Shown: positions 36,507 to 47,602, counted from the stretch's first letter. The stretch: DNA of 64,000 nt from Candidatus Bathyarchaeota archaeon (GCA_963835925.1 CAWIHH010000004.1:83358-147357), one strand, 5' to 3'. Translations and numbers: made by a program. The notes: a model not told the origin generated them from the sequence alone.

Positions 36507-36782
36507 AATCCCGGCAATACTACGTTAACGTCTATTACGGTGTGTAACATTACCACTTACGCTAATATTTCTATGATGAGACGAGTAGAACCGTCGATTT
36601 GTGTTCACTGAATAAATTGTTCGGGTCTAGGTTGTGAGAACTCTCTCGTGGCAGGAGGCTGTCTCCTGATTTTGACACCAAGTTTCCTAGCTATTGGTGT
36701 ATGTCGATCTGAAACGACACTGATTAACGTGTGATGTTTGATTGACGAGAAGCTGACTTAGCACCGCAACCTATAGCCGAAT

Positions 36783-37634
36783 TTAGTCGGTCTTCTGGTC
36801 TTTCTTGTCTTTCGTAATATCCTGGATGCTGACTACGCCTAACGGTGGGAATCCCATTGAAACGCCGGCTGTGGGCGTGTTTGTTGGTACGAGCATAAGG
36901 GTGCCTTTGCTCTGCAGCCCGAGTTCGTAGAGAATGTTCATCCAACGCAGTTCCAGAGCGCGTATGTTCTTCTCGTATAGGTTCGCTGCGTCCACCATTT
37001 TCTGTGCTGCCTCGTATTCCGCCATGGCCAGCGTCACTCTCGCCCTGCGCTCGCGCTCGGCGGAGGCTTGACGAGACATGGCTTCTTGAAGCGCTTGGGG
37101 TATCGCTATGTCTCTAACCTCCACGGAGGTCACCTTGACCCCCCACTGCTCCGTTTTCTCGTCGATAATCTTTCGGGCTTCCACTCCCACCTTCTCACGT
37201 TCGGCAAGGAGTTCGTCGAAGCTGACTTTGCCCATGACTTCTCTAAGTGTCGTCTGTGCGGCCCAGGTTGTCGCGTCAAGGTACTTCTCGACGTTCAAGA
37301 TTACCCTTTCAACGTCCACCGCCTGAAAGAACATAATTGCGTCGACGTTCACGGGGAGGTTATCTTTCGTAAAGGTCTGCTCGGTACGGAAAGAAATCGT
37401 TTGTATGCGCAGAGAAACAATGTTCGGAATCCTATCCACGAATGGAATGATGTAGAACAGACCAGGGCCTTTGAGGCCTACGAAACGGCCTAGGCGGAGA
37501 ACCGGGGCACGTTCCCATTCCCTAATCACTCTAATGCCGGACGCGATTATCAATACAACAAATAATACTAGAATTATTCCGGCAATAAATTCAGGGGTCA
37601 GTAAATCCTCTAACGCCATTAAGTCGGCCTTCAC
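36783..37634 (-). CDS. SPFH/band-7 (stomatin/prohibitin-like) protein
   Basis: N-terminal TM helix followed by the SPFH core (REWERAPVLRLGRF...VDVRDIAIPQALQEAMSRQASAERERRA). Confidence 0.85.
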   Translation of the reverse strand: MKADLMALEDLLTPEFIAGIILVLFVVLIIASGIRVIREWERAPVLRLGRFVGLKGPGLFYIIPFVDRIPNIVSLRIQTISFRTEQTFTKDNLPVNVDAIMFFQAVDVERVILNVEKYLDATTWAAQTTLREVMGKVSFDELLAEREKVGVEARKIIDEKTEQWGVKVTSVEVRDIAIPQALQEAMSRQASAERERRARVTLAMAEYEAAQKMVDAANLYEKNIRALELRWMNILYELGLQSKGTLMLVPTNTPTAGVSMGFPPLGVVSIQDITKDKKDQKTD

Positions 37635-38634
37635 TTCTGAGCTTGCTTTAGCTTGACTCTTAATATTAGCCTCTTCCTTTACTCAAGACCTCAACCCCTT
37701 CTCCTTCCTTAATGCGCACACGCCTTACAATCATCGCCTCCATTAGTGGATTCTTTCATCGTCGCTGTGTAGATGCATAATAGGTTGGTTGCGATAGCCC
37801 TGCCAGATGGGTGTTACCGCATGTACCACATGTTAAATCACTTTCGACATCAGAAAACATTAGTCGTGTTCAAACGCAGGCTTCCTAACTTCAAAAGCTC
37901 GCTTCAGGATCTAAATCAGATGGAGTCTCAGCCAGATGAAGAGGCGGAGATCATGATTGATCTGCCTCTTACCCAGTTAGAGGGCGACGGCTAACTTAGG
38001 ACTTTGGTTGACCTGCAATTCGAGCGAGGTTTGTGTCAAGCTGTTGGAAAATTCCAGAGTCTCGTGACGAGTAGTTTAAGGAATAATTGTCCACAAGAGA
38101 GGCAGTACCTGTTGTATGGGGGTCCCATGTGCTTAGGAAGTTCACGTTCAACTTGTTGCGCTAATGGTATTCGCTTCGCAGTCTATGCCAACTTCATGAG
38201 TCGCTTCTCATGACATTTGAGCGATCCGTGGGGCAGCTTCGCAGACGTGAAGACTAACTTACTCGAGATACTTACCAAAGAGCTAGCAAGACGTTCAGGT
38301 GGCCGGGTCTGATTAGCTTGGCTCGAAAAATCCAACTCAGGCCTTAGCACTTCAGTCACCAGCATTAGTGTTCTTCGAGAAAAATCAAAAAGGATGCTCG
38401 ACGCACCGCTCACACAAATATTGATCCTTGCGTCTGAATAGGCTGTAAGACCATGACCCACAACGATCACAGTAACCGTCGACCAACGTCGGAGCCTTCA
38501 ATCTAACAGTAATGTTCCTTTTTTCTCGTGTCGGTCGAAGCAACACCTGGTTTTAGTTGTGAGCTCTCGTTGTTTTCCTTCTCTTTCTTATTCTCGTCTT
38601 CTTCTCCTGTGTTTGAGGCAATTACGTCACGCAC

Positions 38635-38841
38635 CTAGGACTTTGCGATTCTTCTTCGTAGTTCCTTTTTGTTATAGGATTTAGTAGCCCTCGTTCTGTC
38701 CTTTTCTTGCTTTCTTTCCTCTCTCCTCTCTTCCTTTCTGCGGCTGGTCCCTCTCATTCTTCTGACTCTACTCCTCTCCTTTCCTTTCAAAGCCGATCCC
38801 ACATACTGCTGAGAACCTGTTTCGTCAAATCGAGCTCTCAC
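38635..38841 (-). CDS. Possible highly basic K/R/E-rich small protein
   Basis: 68-aa low-complexity ORF lying on the purine-rich strand of a ~300-bp polypyrimidine tract. It may be a compositional artefact. Confidence 0.2.
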   Translation of the reverse strand: MRARFDETGSQQYVGSALKGKERSRVRRMRGTSRRKEERREERKQEKDRTRATKSYNKKELRRRIAKS

Positions 38842-39031
38842 GGAATTGAAGCAGGCGTGCGAATAGAACCTTTCCTGTTTAGTTCAAGAAGTATAAGTGG
38901 TCAGGGGTTCACGCTTTCTCTTTTTTCATCCTCCAAAGCTGTATTCAGATCCAGAGCCCTGGAGCACCTTAAGCATCTCTTGGCTTCAGCTGGGTTCTCG
39001 GCGGCCGCACCACATCTCAGACTAGAATCCC

Positions 39032-40291
39032 ATGGATAAATACGTTCGAAACCAAAATAGTATAGTGAGAAACGAATCTGAGAACAAGATTGTAAACGAC
39101 CTGTATGGTGTAGAGAGAAGACTAGAACTAGTTACCAAGCGGATTGGAGAGTCGCGAGATATCACTGCGCGAAATAAGGAACTCATTTTCAGGTACACCG
39201 ACAATTGTAGTCTGCGGGGCTTGAGCAAGCTTCGAGTCCTATTCTACCTTAACAGGTTCTGGAACATCGCAAGACTCACAGAGAAAGACTTCGATAAGAT
39301 GGATAGGGAAAGAATAGAGGAGCTTGTCAGAAAGATCCAGATGCGAGGATTCAAGCCTCGTACGGTTTCAGACCATCTTACGGCCATCAAAACATTCTGG
39401 AAGTGGCTTGAAGGTATAGAGGATGTCTATCCAGAGAGGGTGAGGTGGATCAAACCGTGGCGCAGCAACAAAACCCGCAAGCTCCCGGAACAACTTCTCA
39501 TGAAGGAGGATGTGGAGAAACTTATCAACGCAGCTGTGAATCCCAGAGACAAAGCGTTGATCAGCGTCCTCTTCGAGAGCGGATGCAGAATCGGCGAAAT
39601 CCTCGGCCTCAAGATAAGGAACATTGAATTCGACAACAACGGCGCCGTGTTAATTGTTAACGGCAAGACAGGACAGCGTCGGGTCAGGCTGATTCATTCG
39701 GTGCCCAGACTCATAGCATGGCTGGAACATCACCCGAAGAATAACGACCCCGACACGTTTCTCTGGGTGTGCATGGGTTCCAGAAACAATTCTGAACGGC
39801 TCGTGCATCAAAGCGTCGCAAGCATGCTCAAGAAGACTACCAAGAGAGCTGGATTAACGAAAGCATGCAACCCGCATATGTTCAGACACTCACGAGCCAC
39901 CTTCCTAGCTAAGCACCTAACCGAAGCGCAAATGAAAGAATACTTCGGCTGGACACAGGCATCCGACATGGCCGCGATCTACGTGCATCTATCTGGAAGA
40001 GACGTTGACAACGCCCTACTGAAACTGGCTGGAAAGAACGTCTCCGAAGCAGAGAAAGAATCCGAAATGGATAGACGAGCAACCACCTGCTCAATCTGCA
40101 AACACGAAAACGCACCCGAGATCCGCCGGTGCTCAAACTGTGGAAGACCATTAGACCTCAAAACCGCTCTAGAAGACGACAAAAGACAACATGAACTCCT
40201 CAACATGCTGACCCCAGAAATATTGGAGGAAATGATTCAGAAACGAGTGCAACAACTATTGACCAGCAAACCCCAACCAAACCCTAGATGA
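39032..40291 (+). mobile_element. Tyrosine recombinase/integrase with C-terminal zinc ribbon
   Basis: Catalytic pattern R (ESGCRIGEI), H-x-x-R (HMFRHSRAT) and Y (AAIYVHLSG), plus CSIC...CSNCG. Homologous to the decayed integrase at 58051..58680. Confidence 0.85.
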
Positions 40292-40432
40292 ACCCACGCC
40301 TCAACAACCGCTCTCCGCCAGTTTTCAAGAATTTATAGTATCAAATCGAAACTAACAATATGAAAGATCCCAAATTCAACTCAATCGAAGAGCTCATGCT
40401 ATACGTGGACGAAGAAGCTCACCGAAGAATCA

Positions 40433-40488
40433 AGGAGAAGACGAACTAGGCTTCTTGTGACTCCAACGTAATTTCACGAATAATCGAC
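40433..40488 (+). repeat. Direct repeat copy 1 flanking XPB-Bax1
   Basis: aggagaagacgaactag (17/17 identical to 43854-43870), followed by ~40 nt at about 75-80% identity by eye. Overlaps the stop of a 29-aa ORF (40360..40449). Confidence 0.75.
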
Positions 40489-40568
40489 TGCTCCTGGACT
40501 CGCTTTTCATTGATAGCCGTTTCAATCAACGAGGCAGTTGAACTGACAGGCCATGACTCTGAAAGGAA

Positions 40569-42165
40569 CTATCCTTGTTTCACACGACACGTGAGAGTCT
40601 TCGATATCTTGACCTTATCCATCTCCATGCCCTCCCAGATCGAGGTGTAGCCCAAAGCTTCTAGCACCCTGTCCGCTTCCTCCTTCAACTCTGAAGCGTC
40701 CATTATTCGGAGAGCATCGGTAAGCTTCTCGACTCCCGCAAGCTTCTGATCTATCTCGTCGAGCTTCGCTCTCGAGACGAAGAGGTCGCCAACCCTTGCA
40801 TACCCCTCGGGTTTGAAGTCTTGGAGGGCTATCCTGACCGATTCTACTGAAACACTTCTAGCTCTCGCAATCTCGTTTAGGTTTACAACATCTCCACTTA
40901 GGGCGATGCCTTCTCCCTTGAGCATCTCTGCCTGTTCTGTAAGGATTGGAGTTTCCCTCTCCTTCAGATGCTCGATTATCGGCTTCATGGGCACATCCTT
41001 CTTGTAGTATATTACAAGCGCCTTGGTTTTGAGCCTCTCGAGCTTGGAGCATGCTAGGCTCTCATCGGCTGCGATGATCATGTCTACATTCGCGATTGAG
41101 CTCAGTTTGTTTATCTTCCTCTCAAGATACTCAGAGGTCCAGAAGCCAACCACTTCGAGGTAAACTTTCGCACCGTACTTCTCGAAGCTGAAGTCTGGTA
41201 TGAGCACGTGCGTGCCTGCTATAAGTGGCTCAGGCTCCCTCCTCAACACCCATCCAGAGTTGTACGAGAGGAATGATTTGGCAAACCTCTCCTCCACGGT
41301 GCTGTCATACAGTTTAGCTTGGGTTTGTTCTTCGTGACCAGCAACTTCTTTCTCCACATTCGTGATGAGATCCTTCAGTTCCTCGCTATCAGGCTCGAAG
41401 CTGTATACTCTCCCCCTGCTCCTCGCGAGTATCTCTGCCTTGATACTCCATGAGTCTGATGCTATTATCTGAGGGAGGAGTTTCGCGATCGACGTGCCAT
41501 ACCGCTCTGTCATCTTGAAGAGCGAGAGAGGGCCATCGAGAGTGACTCTGTATCCCGCTCCATCATCTTCATCTTTCTCCACGGAGTATATCAAACCTAA
41601 TCTCTTCACTTCTCTGAAGATGTTCTTCCAGTTTCCAGATGCGGAGAACTCGACCCTGAGCGACTTGAAGAGGAGTGTCTGCGTCAAGCAGAGGTTATAG
41701 TACTTGATAAGCAGCTCTGGGTCAAGAGGCTTGAAATCTTTCAGGATCAGCTCATCCTCTAAATCGCTGAAGAGTGTTCTCTCCAGAGCTTCTGGAGAGG
41801 TGCCTAACTGGCTTGAGACTGTTTCAATTACATGATTCCTCTCCGCTAAGCTTGATGCCCTTCCCCTGCTCGCTTCCTCGAAGACAGCTGTTCTAGTCTC
41901 CCTTGGATTCAGCGCGCTTTCAACTTGGAAGGTGCATCTCCTCTCTAGCAGAGTTGACAATCCTCTAACGAGCTTGAAGTCGTAGCCCTCGTTCTCTACC
42001 TCCTTCAACCGTCTCAAGGAGTTCTCCCTTCCTCTTTCCCATTCCATCTCTGAATTCACCCGTGATTCTTTCAGCCAGGGCTCGAGTATCGAGATCAAGG
42101 CTCGCATAGATTGGTCGTATCTTTCCTCTGCTAATCTTCGCTCTGAGAAGATTTGATGGGAGCAT
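40569..42165 (-). pseudogene. bax1: Bax1 (DUF790) nuclease, XPB partner; 1-nt frame break near 42005-42015
   Basis: The canonical N-terminus MLPSNLLRAKISRGKIRPIY... lies in ORF 41965..42165. It continues as EVENEGYDFKLVRGLSTLLERR in the frame of the 1015-aa ORF. C-terminal nuclease motif: VLIPDFSF...VYLEVVGFWTSEYLERKINKL. The break sits at gaaGGaggtag. Confidence 0.8.
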
Positions 42166-43616
42166 CTGCTTACGCTCCTACTGACTCGACGATTTCTCCG
42201 CCGTCGTCGTGAGTGTTTGTCCTCTGCGGATTCATCTTCAACCTTTCCCCCTGTTCTGTTCATTGCTCCTTTCCTCCTTCTCCTGCTTGCTGTCCTCGTC
42301 TCCGAGGTCTCTCTCGATACAAGCTCTATCAGCCTCGCCTGTCCTTTCCCCTCGCTTTTTCTCAGCAGCCTGCCTAAGCGCTGGATGAACTCTCTTGAGC
42401 TCCCCGTCCCACTCACTATAACCCCGATAGAAGCCTCTGGAACATCGATCCCCTCGTCGAGCACCTTCGAGGTTACTATCGCTCTGAACCTTCCCTCCCT
42501 GAAGCCTTTCAGCGCATCATACCTCTCCTCCTTGCTCGTAGTATGGGTTATGAACGGGAGCAGAAACCTTCTCGATATTCTGTATACAAGGTCGTTGTGC
42601 TGTGTGAAGATGAGTATTCTATCATCTGGATTTGAGTGTAATATCTCCTCAAGCCTGTCTATCTTCGCTTCGGAGTTGAATGCAATCCCTATAGCTCTAT
42701 TTCTTGCAAGCAGTGCTTGCCTTGCCTGAGGATCCCTTGAGGTCCTCATTATGAACCGTTGGAAGTCTAATGGTGACTTGAGCCAGATCCTGTTCTCCTC
42801 CAAATAGTTCGTGAACGTCCTGTAATTTCTCTCATACTCCTCCTTCTCCTCTTCTGTCAACTCAACGTTTACGCTCTCAATAGTATAATCGGAGAGGTAC
42901 TTTCCCGCAAGGTCCTCTGGCTTGAGCCTGTACACAACGCCTCCAATCAGCCTCGGAAGTTCGAGGTGGAGCATATCCTCCCTCTCGTAGGTTGCTGTGA
43001 GGCCCATCCTGTATGTGGCGGTGAACATCTCAGCTATCTGTCTGAAACTCTCAGCCGGCAAGTGATGCACTTCATCAAAGATAATGAAGCTGAACCTGTT
43101 GCCGAGTTCTCCAGCCCTTATGAAGGCTGAATCGTATGTGCATACCGTTACCGCCCTGATCGTATTCTCCCCTCCTCCATACACCCCAACTTCAATGCCG
43201 AGCTCCTCCTGCACCCTCCTCTTCCACTGCTCCAGCAGGTCAAGCGTGGGAACGATTACAACTGCAGACTGATTCACGAGCTCCATCGCCTTCATTCCAA
43301 TTACCGTCTTCCCAGCCCCGGTTGGTAGCACGATTACTCCTCGCCTCCCCGCTTTATCCCAAGAATCAAGAGCTCTCTTCTGGTACGCCCTCATGCGTAT
43401 GCCCTTGCATTTGAGTTCTGGACAGGGAGGATGGTCCTCAACGCTGTCCTTGATTGCTGACAGCTCGCTCCGCTTCAAGAACTCGATTATCTCATTATAG
43501 TAAAGACCCTGCGCCCTGAACGCCCTAACTCTATCGTCCCAACTCGAGTAAGGAACCTTCGCCTCGCTTCTTATCAGAATACTTCCCTTATCATAGGACA
43601 GGTAGGTGGGCTTCAC
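42166..43616 (-). CDS. xpb: XPB/Rad25-type SF2 helicase (true 3' end uncertain)
   Basis: N-terminal damage-recognition-like domain (LSYDKGSILI), motif I VLPTGAGKT, motif II FDEVHH, motif VI QRLGRLLR. This frame has no stop before bax1; both other frames stop around 42240-42270. Confidence 0.85.
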
Positions 43617-43853
43617 TACACTCGCCTCCTTCCAACCCTGACTTGGGAATGAGACCCATTTAGACTGGAGTGATAGGTGAAACTATTCAAAAGAGAAGGT
43701 CGTAGTATCTTCTGCTCTCCCTCCCCGGCCGAATATTAGATGTCACTGTCAGCGGAGTAGTCGTCTCACAACCCTCTGAGTTAGGGCCTCTCATCGATGA
43801 ACCATTTGATAGATACGTGGTTTGGAAATATTGGATAGTGATTCGCCACTGTT

Positions 43854-43910
43854 AGGAGAAGACGAACTAGATCTCATGTGACTCCGATCGTAATCTTACG
43901 AATCTTCGAC
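43854..43910 (+). repeat. Direct repeat copy 2 flanking XPB-Bax1
   Basis: Same 17-mer core plus a diverged extension (see 40433..40488). Confidence 0.75.
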
Positions 43911-44097
43911 GAGAACCGTCTCTCAAATACTAAATCGGCCGCCGGGCTCCACAGCGTTCTTGTTGCTGGAAGTGGATTCAAAATTCACGGGTTCGAATCT
44001 TGGTGGATTCGAGCTCGCCCGCTATCTTGCCTTTTTCTCATCGCATCACACTTCCACGTGCTCGCTTCGCTCGCATAACAGAGATCTACGTCGTTGC

Positions 44098-44146
44098 GTG
44101 ATTAGGTGGAGTGTGGTGTTGGTTCAGAGGTTAGTGGTGCGCACGC
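44098..44146. repeat. Composite intergenic repeat, degenerate copy E
   Basis: GTGATTaggtggaGTGTGGTGttggttcagaggttaGTGGTGCGCACgcg, just 3' of gene 44182..45702. Confidence 0.4.
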
Positions 44147-44181
44147 GCAAAGAAGTGAGTAGCTTTCGATGTCGACTGTCG

Positions 44182-45702
44182 CTATCCACTTGGCTTCTTA
44201 CGTTTCATCATGAAAATTAGAGTTAGGGCGATAACGATCGCTACGAGAACAGCAGGCAGGATTACCATGCTGGTTCCTATCGAGAACATGGGCGGAACAA
44301 CGCTAGTTGGCGAGGATGAGCTAGTTACTTTCGGAAGAATCGACGTTGATGTCTTTGATGATGCTGTCTGGGTTGATGTGGGTTGTGGAGGGACCAGTTC
44401 AAGGTGCGCCTGTTGGATGGCATCTGGGAAGGCGATCGCATCAGGCGGCAAGGCTTCGATGTAGTTCGCCCGCAGGCTGTTGGTTTTGCCAAGCGGGTAG
44501 ATCCCAACTTCAAGGAGCGCAAGGTAGGTCTTGGAGTCGCACAACCCAGGGTTCTCAGCACTTCCGGAGCAGGCCGCTCGCTCGAATTTGTCTAAATCGT
44601 TGGTCTGAAATCCAATCATGGTTCTCCAGGTCTGTGCGGCGTAGACCACATAGGGGGACGCGGGGGAACTAAAATCCAGCCACTGAAACGATACCGACAG
44701 TCGGCCTGCAAATTTCCTGCTCGCCAGTGCCAGCAGCGGCGCGTTCTGGTCCGTAACATTAGAAGTGTTGAGGCAGACACCGGTGACGTAATTCGGATTA
44801 TTTCGGTCCTTAGGCCAAGGGGGTTGGTAAGCGCAGCCGTTGTCATCAATCGCGGGAAACGGATAATCTAGGTTTCTTGCCTCCGAGGGTGTGGGGATGA
44901 CTTCCACGCCGAAATACTTGTCGGGGAAATTCCTCTGAAAAGAATTTGTAAGTTTGTCCCAAGCGTCAAGCAGTCTGGATGGCCTATAAGGCGGCGTTGC
45001 CTTCAGCCAGGCCTCTAAGGAGTTGGTGACACAAGGGTCGGCAAGGATCTCCGCCGGCAACCGCAGCTCGGAGGTGGTCCGGTCGATTCCCGTAATCCGG
45101 ACCGATGTCAGAGCGCTATAGGTTCCGGTACTCTTGAGATGCGCCGCTACTGCGGCAAGCATGGAATCCCATTCGCTGAGAAAGATCGGCTCCCAAGGAG
45201 CCGCGATGGTTTCCGAATTGCACTTAGACTCCCCGACGCCTGCATGAGGAGAGACGAGGAACCTTAGTGGGGCGGCCCCGGCATATGATTTCGTGTATCC
45301 GGCGCCACACTCGGGCGATTGAAACAGCCAGCACGGCGTATCTTGCCCCGCTCTGATCGCCAAGGCAACCTGCTTGCCTGACGAAACCGCCATACTCATC
45401 CAGTGATCTAGCAGCGTCCAATCATATGCCCCCCTGCTAGGCTCGATGACCTCCCAACCCAGAAGCAGCGTGAGTCCGTCAACGCCGCGCACGGTGAGCG
45501 CTTGCGTCAGCTGCTGCGCATATTGCGGATCCTGAAGATGCTCGGTAAGATGCTCGCTGTAGACATAAATGCCGCGCGGCTCAACCACTGATGCCTGCAC
45601 ATCATTAACTGAAATTGCGATCGTTGAAACTTCTGGAGTCACCAGAAGAATCAGCGCAGCAACAACTACTATTCTTGTCAACCGAACATGAAATCGCAGC
45701 AA
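44182..45702 (-). CDS. Secreted TIM-barrel glycoside-hydrolase-like protein with S/T-rich stalk and C-terminal TM anchor
   Basis: Signal peptide; W-x-x-IEP-x-x-G-x-YDW motif (LLLGWEVIEPSRGAYDWTLLDHW) typical of GH42/GH5-like enzymes; PTSTQTASSKTSTS linker; TM helix plus KRKKPSG tail. Confidence 0.5.
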   Translation of the reverse strand: MLRFHVRLTRIVVVAALILLVTPEVSTIAISVNDVQASVVEPRGIYVYSEHLTEHLQDPQYAQQLTQALTVRGVDGLTLLLGWEVIEPSRGAYDWTLLDHWMSMAVSSGKQVALAIRAGQDTPCWLFQSPECGAGYTKSYAGAAPLRFLVSPHAGVGESKCNSETIAAPWEPIFLSEWDSMLAAVAAHLKSTGTYSALTSVRITGIDRTTSELRLPAEILADPCVTNSLEAWLKATPPYRPSRLLDAWDKLTNSFQRNFPDKYFGVEVIPTPSEARNLDYPFPAIDDNGCAYQPPWPKDRNNPNYVTGVCLNTSNVTDQNAPLLALASRKFAGRLSVSFQWLDFSSPASPYVVYAAQTWRTMIGFQTNDLDKFERAACSGSAENPGLCDSKTYLALLEVGIYPLGKTNSLRANYIEALPPDAIAFPDAIQQAHLELVPPQPTSTQTASSKTSTSILPKVTSSSSPTSVVPPMFSIGTSMVILPAVLVAIVIALTLIFMMKRKKPSG

Positions 45703-45846
45703 GAATATCCCTTAATCATTTTTGAACGCGCGTTTGGCGTTCTCAGAAAATGTGCCAATCGCAATGATTCGCGGGGTTGCGATCTCAATTTCACCCATCG
45801 CGATTGCGATTGAGTTTTGGTTCCCGCAACTCCGACATTGAACTGC

Positions 45847-47406
45847 CTAGCTTTTTTGGCTTTGAGCTGCTTGCGCTGGTCCTCTTGGTTTCCTGCGCAT
45901 TGACACGATGAAAGCTGCACCGACCAGTATAATGATGGCTGCGAGTATCAGCAGGCTGTTTTGCTGGAGCGTGCTCATCAGATCGCCGCCCTGCGTGGTT
46001 GAGGTTTGGGTGCTTCGCCTGGTTGAGCTTGCTCGCGTCTTCGTCTCTGCGGTTTGCGTCTGTGATCCAACGTTCAGAACTAGGTTGGCGACTCGGTTCA
46101 GTCCACCGCCCGTCCCCTTAACTTCCAACGTGAACGAGCCAGCGGGCGTGTTCGCGGGAAGCGTAACCGTAAGCGCAGACGCAAAGTTGGGAGTGCCAGA
46201 TGTGGTGGTGAAGACTCCGTTGGCGCCTGAGGGTAATCCTGATACGGAAAGTGAGACTTGGGAGTTGAAACCGTTCAAGGCGACCACATTGATCTGGTAT
46301 GTGGTTGTCACTCCTTGAGTCGTTGTCTGGGACGGTGGGTTCACGTCGATTCTGAAATCCGGCGACTGCCCAACTGTTAACGTGAACGTTGTAGAGTGTG
46401 ATGTTGCCCCAGCGGTGCCCGTGATCGTCAACGCATACTGCCCGGAAGCCACGGACCCGGTTGTTGTAATGGAGAGTATCGAACTGAAGCTCGGCTTCCC
46501 AGAGGTCGGATTCAACGACGCAGAAACCCCAGCCGGAGCGCCAGAAACAGTCAAAGCCACGTTCTGCGACGTTCCTGACACGAGGCCCACAGTGACCGTG
46601 GATGTTGCGCTTCCCCCGGGCGCGATGGTCTGCTGCGCTGGCGAAGCCGAGATGGAGAAGTCGAACGGCTGCAATGCCTGCACCGTCACTAGACCTTTCG
46701 CCTGATGCACCACGCCCTTCGCAGAACCGGTAAGAGTAATGGAGTAGCCACCGGACGGAGTTGAGCTGGAAGTCGAAACCCGCAGAGTGGGCGGGTTAGG
46801 AATCACCTGATAATTCATCCCCGGCCCCAAACCCGACACCTGAATGTCGATAGACGTACCACTGTACGACGAGTCACTGTACGATATGAGAACCTGAAAC
46901 GTCGCGGTCTCACCCTGCTTAACCGCGACACTAGGCGGAGAGAGCCCGAGACTGAAATCGAAAGGAGCAGTCGAACCAGCCACTTGGAAGCTTGCAGCTC
47001 CCTCCGCTATTGGGTTGTTGACTCCTCCTGGCTCATCGACTGTCACAAGGGCATCATATGTTCCGGGAGTGCTGATGCCGGGAGGGTACACTTCGTAATC
47101 CAATCCGGGTCCAACTTTCATGGTTCCGCTCTGCCAAAGGTCTGAACAAGTTGGACAGGTTCGAATATGCACCGTGGTAGTTTCGGAGCCACCCCATTGA
47201 ATATTGCCAGTATCTTGGATCCAGAAAGCAACCATGAACGATTTGCCTACGGGCACAGGTGCCGGACTAACAGATACGTGGACTATTGCCGCATTTACCG
47301 TTCTCGCAGCACCGCCCACCAACACGACCAACAGGAGCAAAATCACTAGACCGGATTTGACTCGCAAACCCCTTACGCAACTCTCACTCTCGTGAGCGAC
47401 AATCAC
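45847..47406 (-). CDS. Cell-surface protein with three tandem ~95-aa Ig-like repeats, S/T stalk and C-terminal TM anchor
   Basis: Signal peptide; three repeats each beginning (P)FDFS/DFRI...SP...V..G and ending ...TLTV / LVLNV; TM helix plus RRKPRGP tail. Confidence 0.6.
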   Translation of the reverse strand: MIVAHESESCVRGLRVKSGLVILLLLVVLVGGAARTVNAAIVHVSVSPAPVPVGKSFMVAFWIQDTGNIQWGGSETTTVHIRTCPTCSDLWQSGTMKVGPGLDYEVYPPGISTPGTYDALVTVDEPGGVNNPIAEGAASFQVAGSTAPFDFSLGLSPPSVAVKQGETATFQVLISYSDSSYSGTSIDIQVSGLGPGMNYQVIPNPPTLRVSTSSSTPSGGYSITLTGSAKGVVHQAKGLVTVQALQPFDFSISASPAQQTIAPGGSATSTVTVGLVSGTSQNVALTVSGAPAGVSASLNPTSGKPSFSSILSITTTGSVASGQYALTITGTAGATSHSTTFTLTVGQSPDFRIDVNPPSQTTTQGVTTTYQINVVALNGFNSQVSLSVSGLPSGANGVFTTTSGTPNFASALTVTLPANTPAGSFTLEVKGTGGGLNRVANLVLNVGSQTQTAETKTRASSTRRSTQTSTTQGGDLMSTLQQNSLLILAAIIILVGAAFIVSMRRKPRGPAQAAQSQKS

Positions 47407-47602
47407 TGAGCCGCGAAAGCTATTTGAGACTTTGCACGAACCTTCCAGAAATTGAGGGAAGAACGAAGTCGCTGTTCATCGAAACTCCCACGAATCCAAA
47501 CGCGTTCAACAGATCGTCAATCCCTCTAGTTGTTCGAATTTCTGACGAACGCTGAACACAACAAGACCCGACCATATCACGCAACAGCAAAAAATTTGTT
47601 AT

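Noticed and set aside
38985-39012. GCTGGGTTCTCGGCGGCCGCACCA immediately upstream of the integrase start, which resembles a truncated tRNA T-arm plus acceptor 3' end with ACCA (a possible att site).
   Set aside because: No complementary 5' acceptor or other tRNA arms lie upstream. GCGGCCGC is a simple palindrome. There is no matching full tRNA in the window. The evidence is insufficient.
43940-44020. T-loop-like strings (GGGTTCGAATC at about 43989-43999, GGATTCGAGC next to it, and CCGGGCTCCA resembling the tRNA-Cys 3' end), considered as a possible tRNA gene or att remnant.
   Set aside because: I could not fold a T arm or acceptor stem around them. The orientation is inconsistent with the tRNA-Cys gene. 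The matches are short enough to arise by chance.
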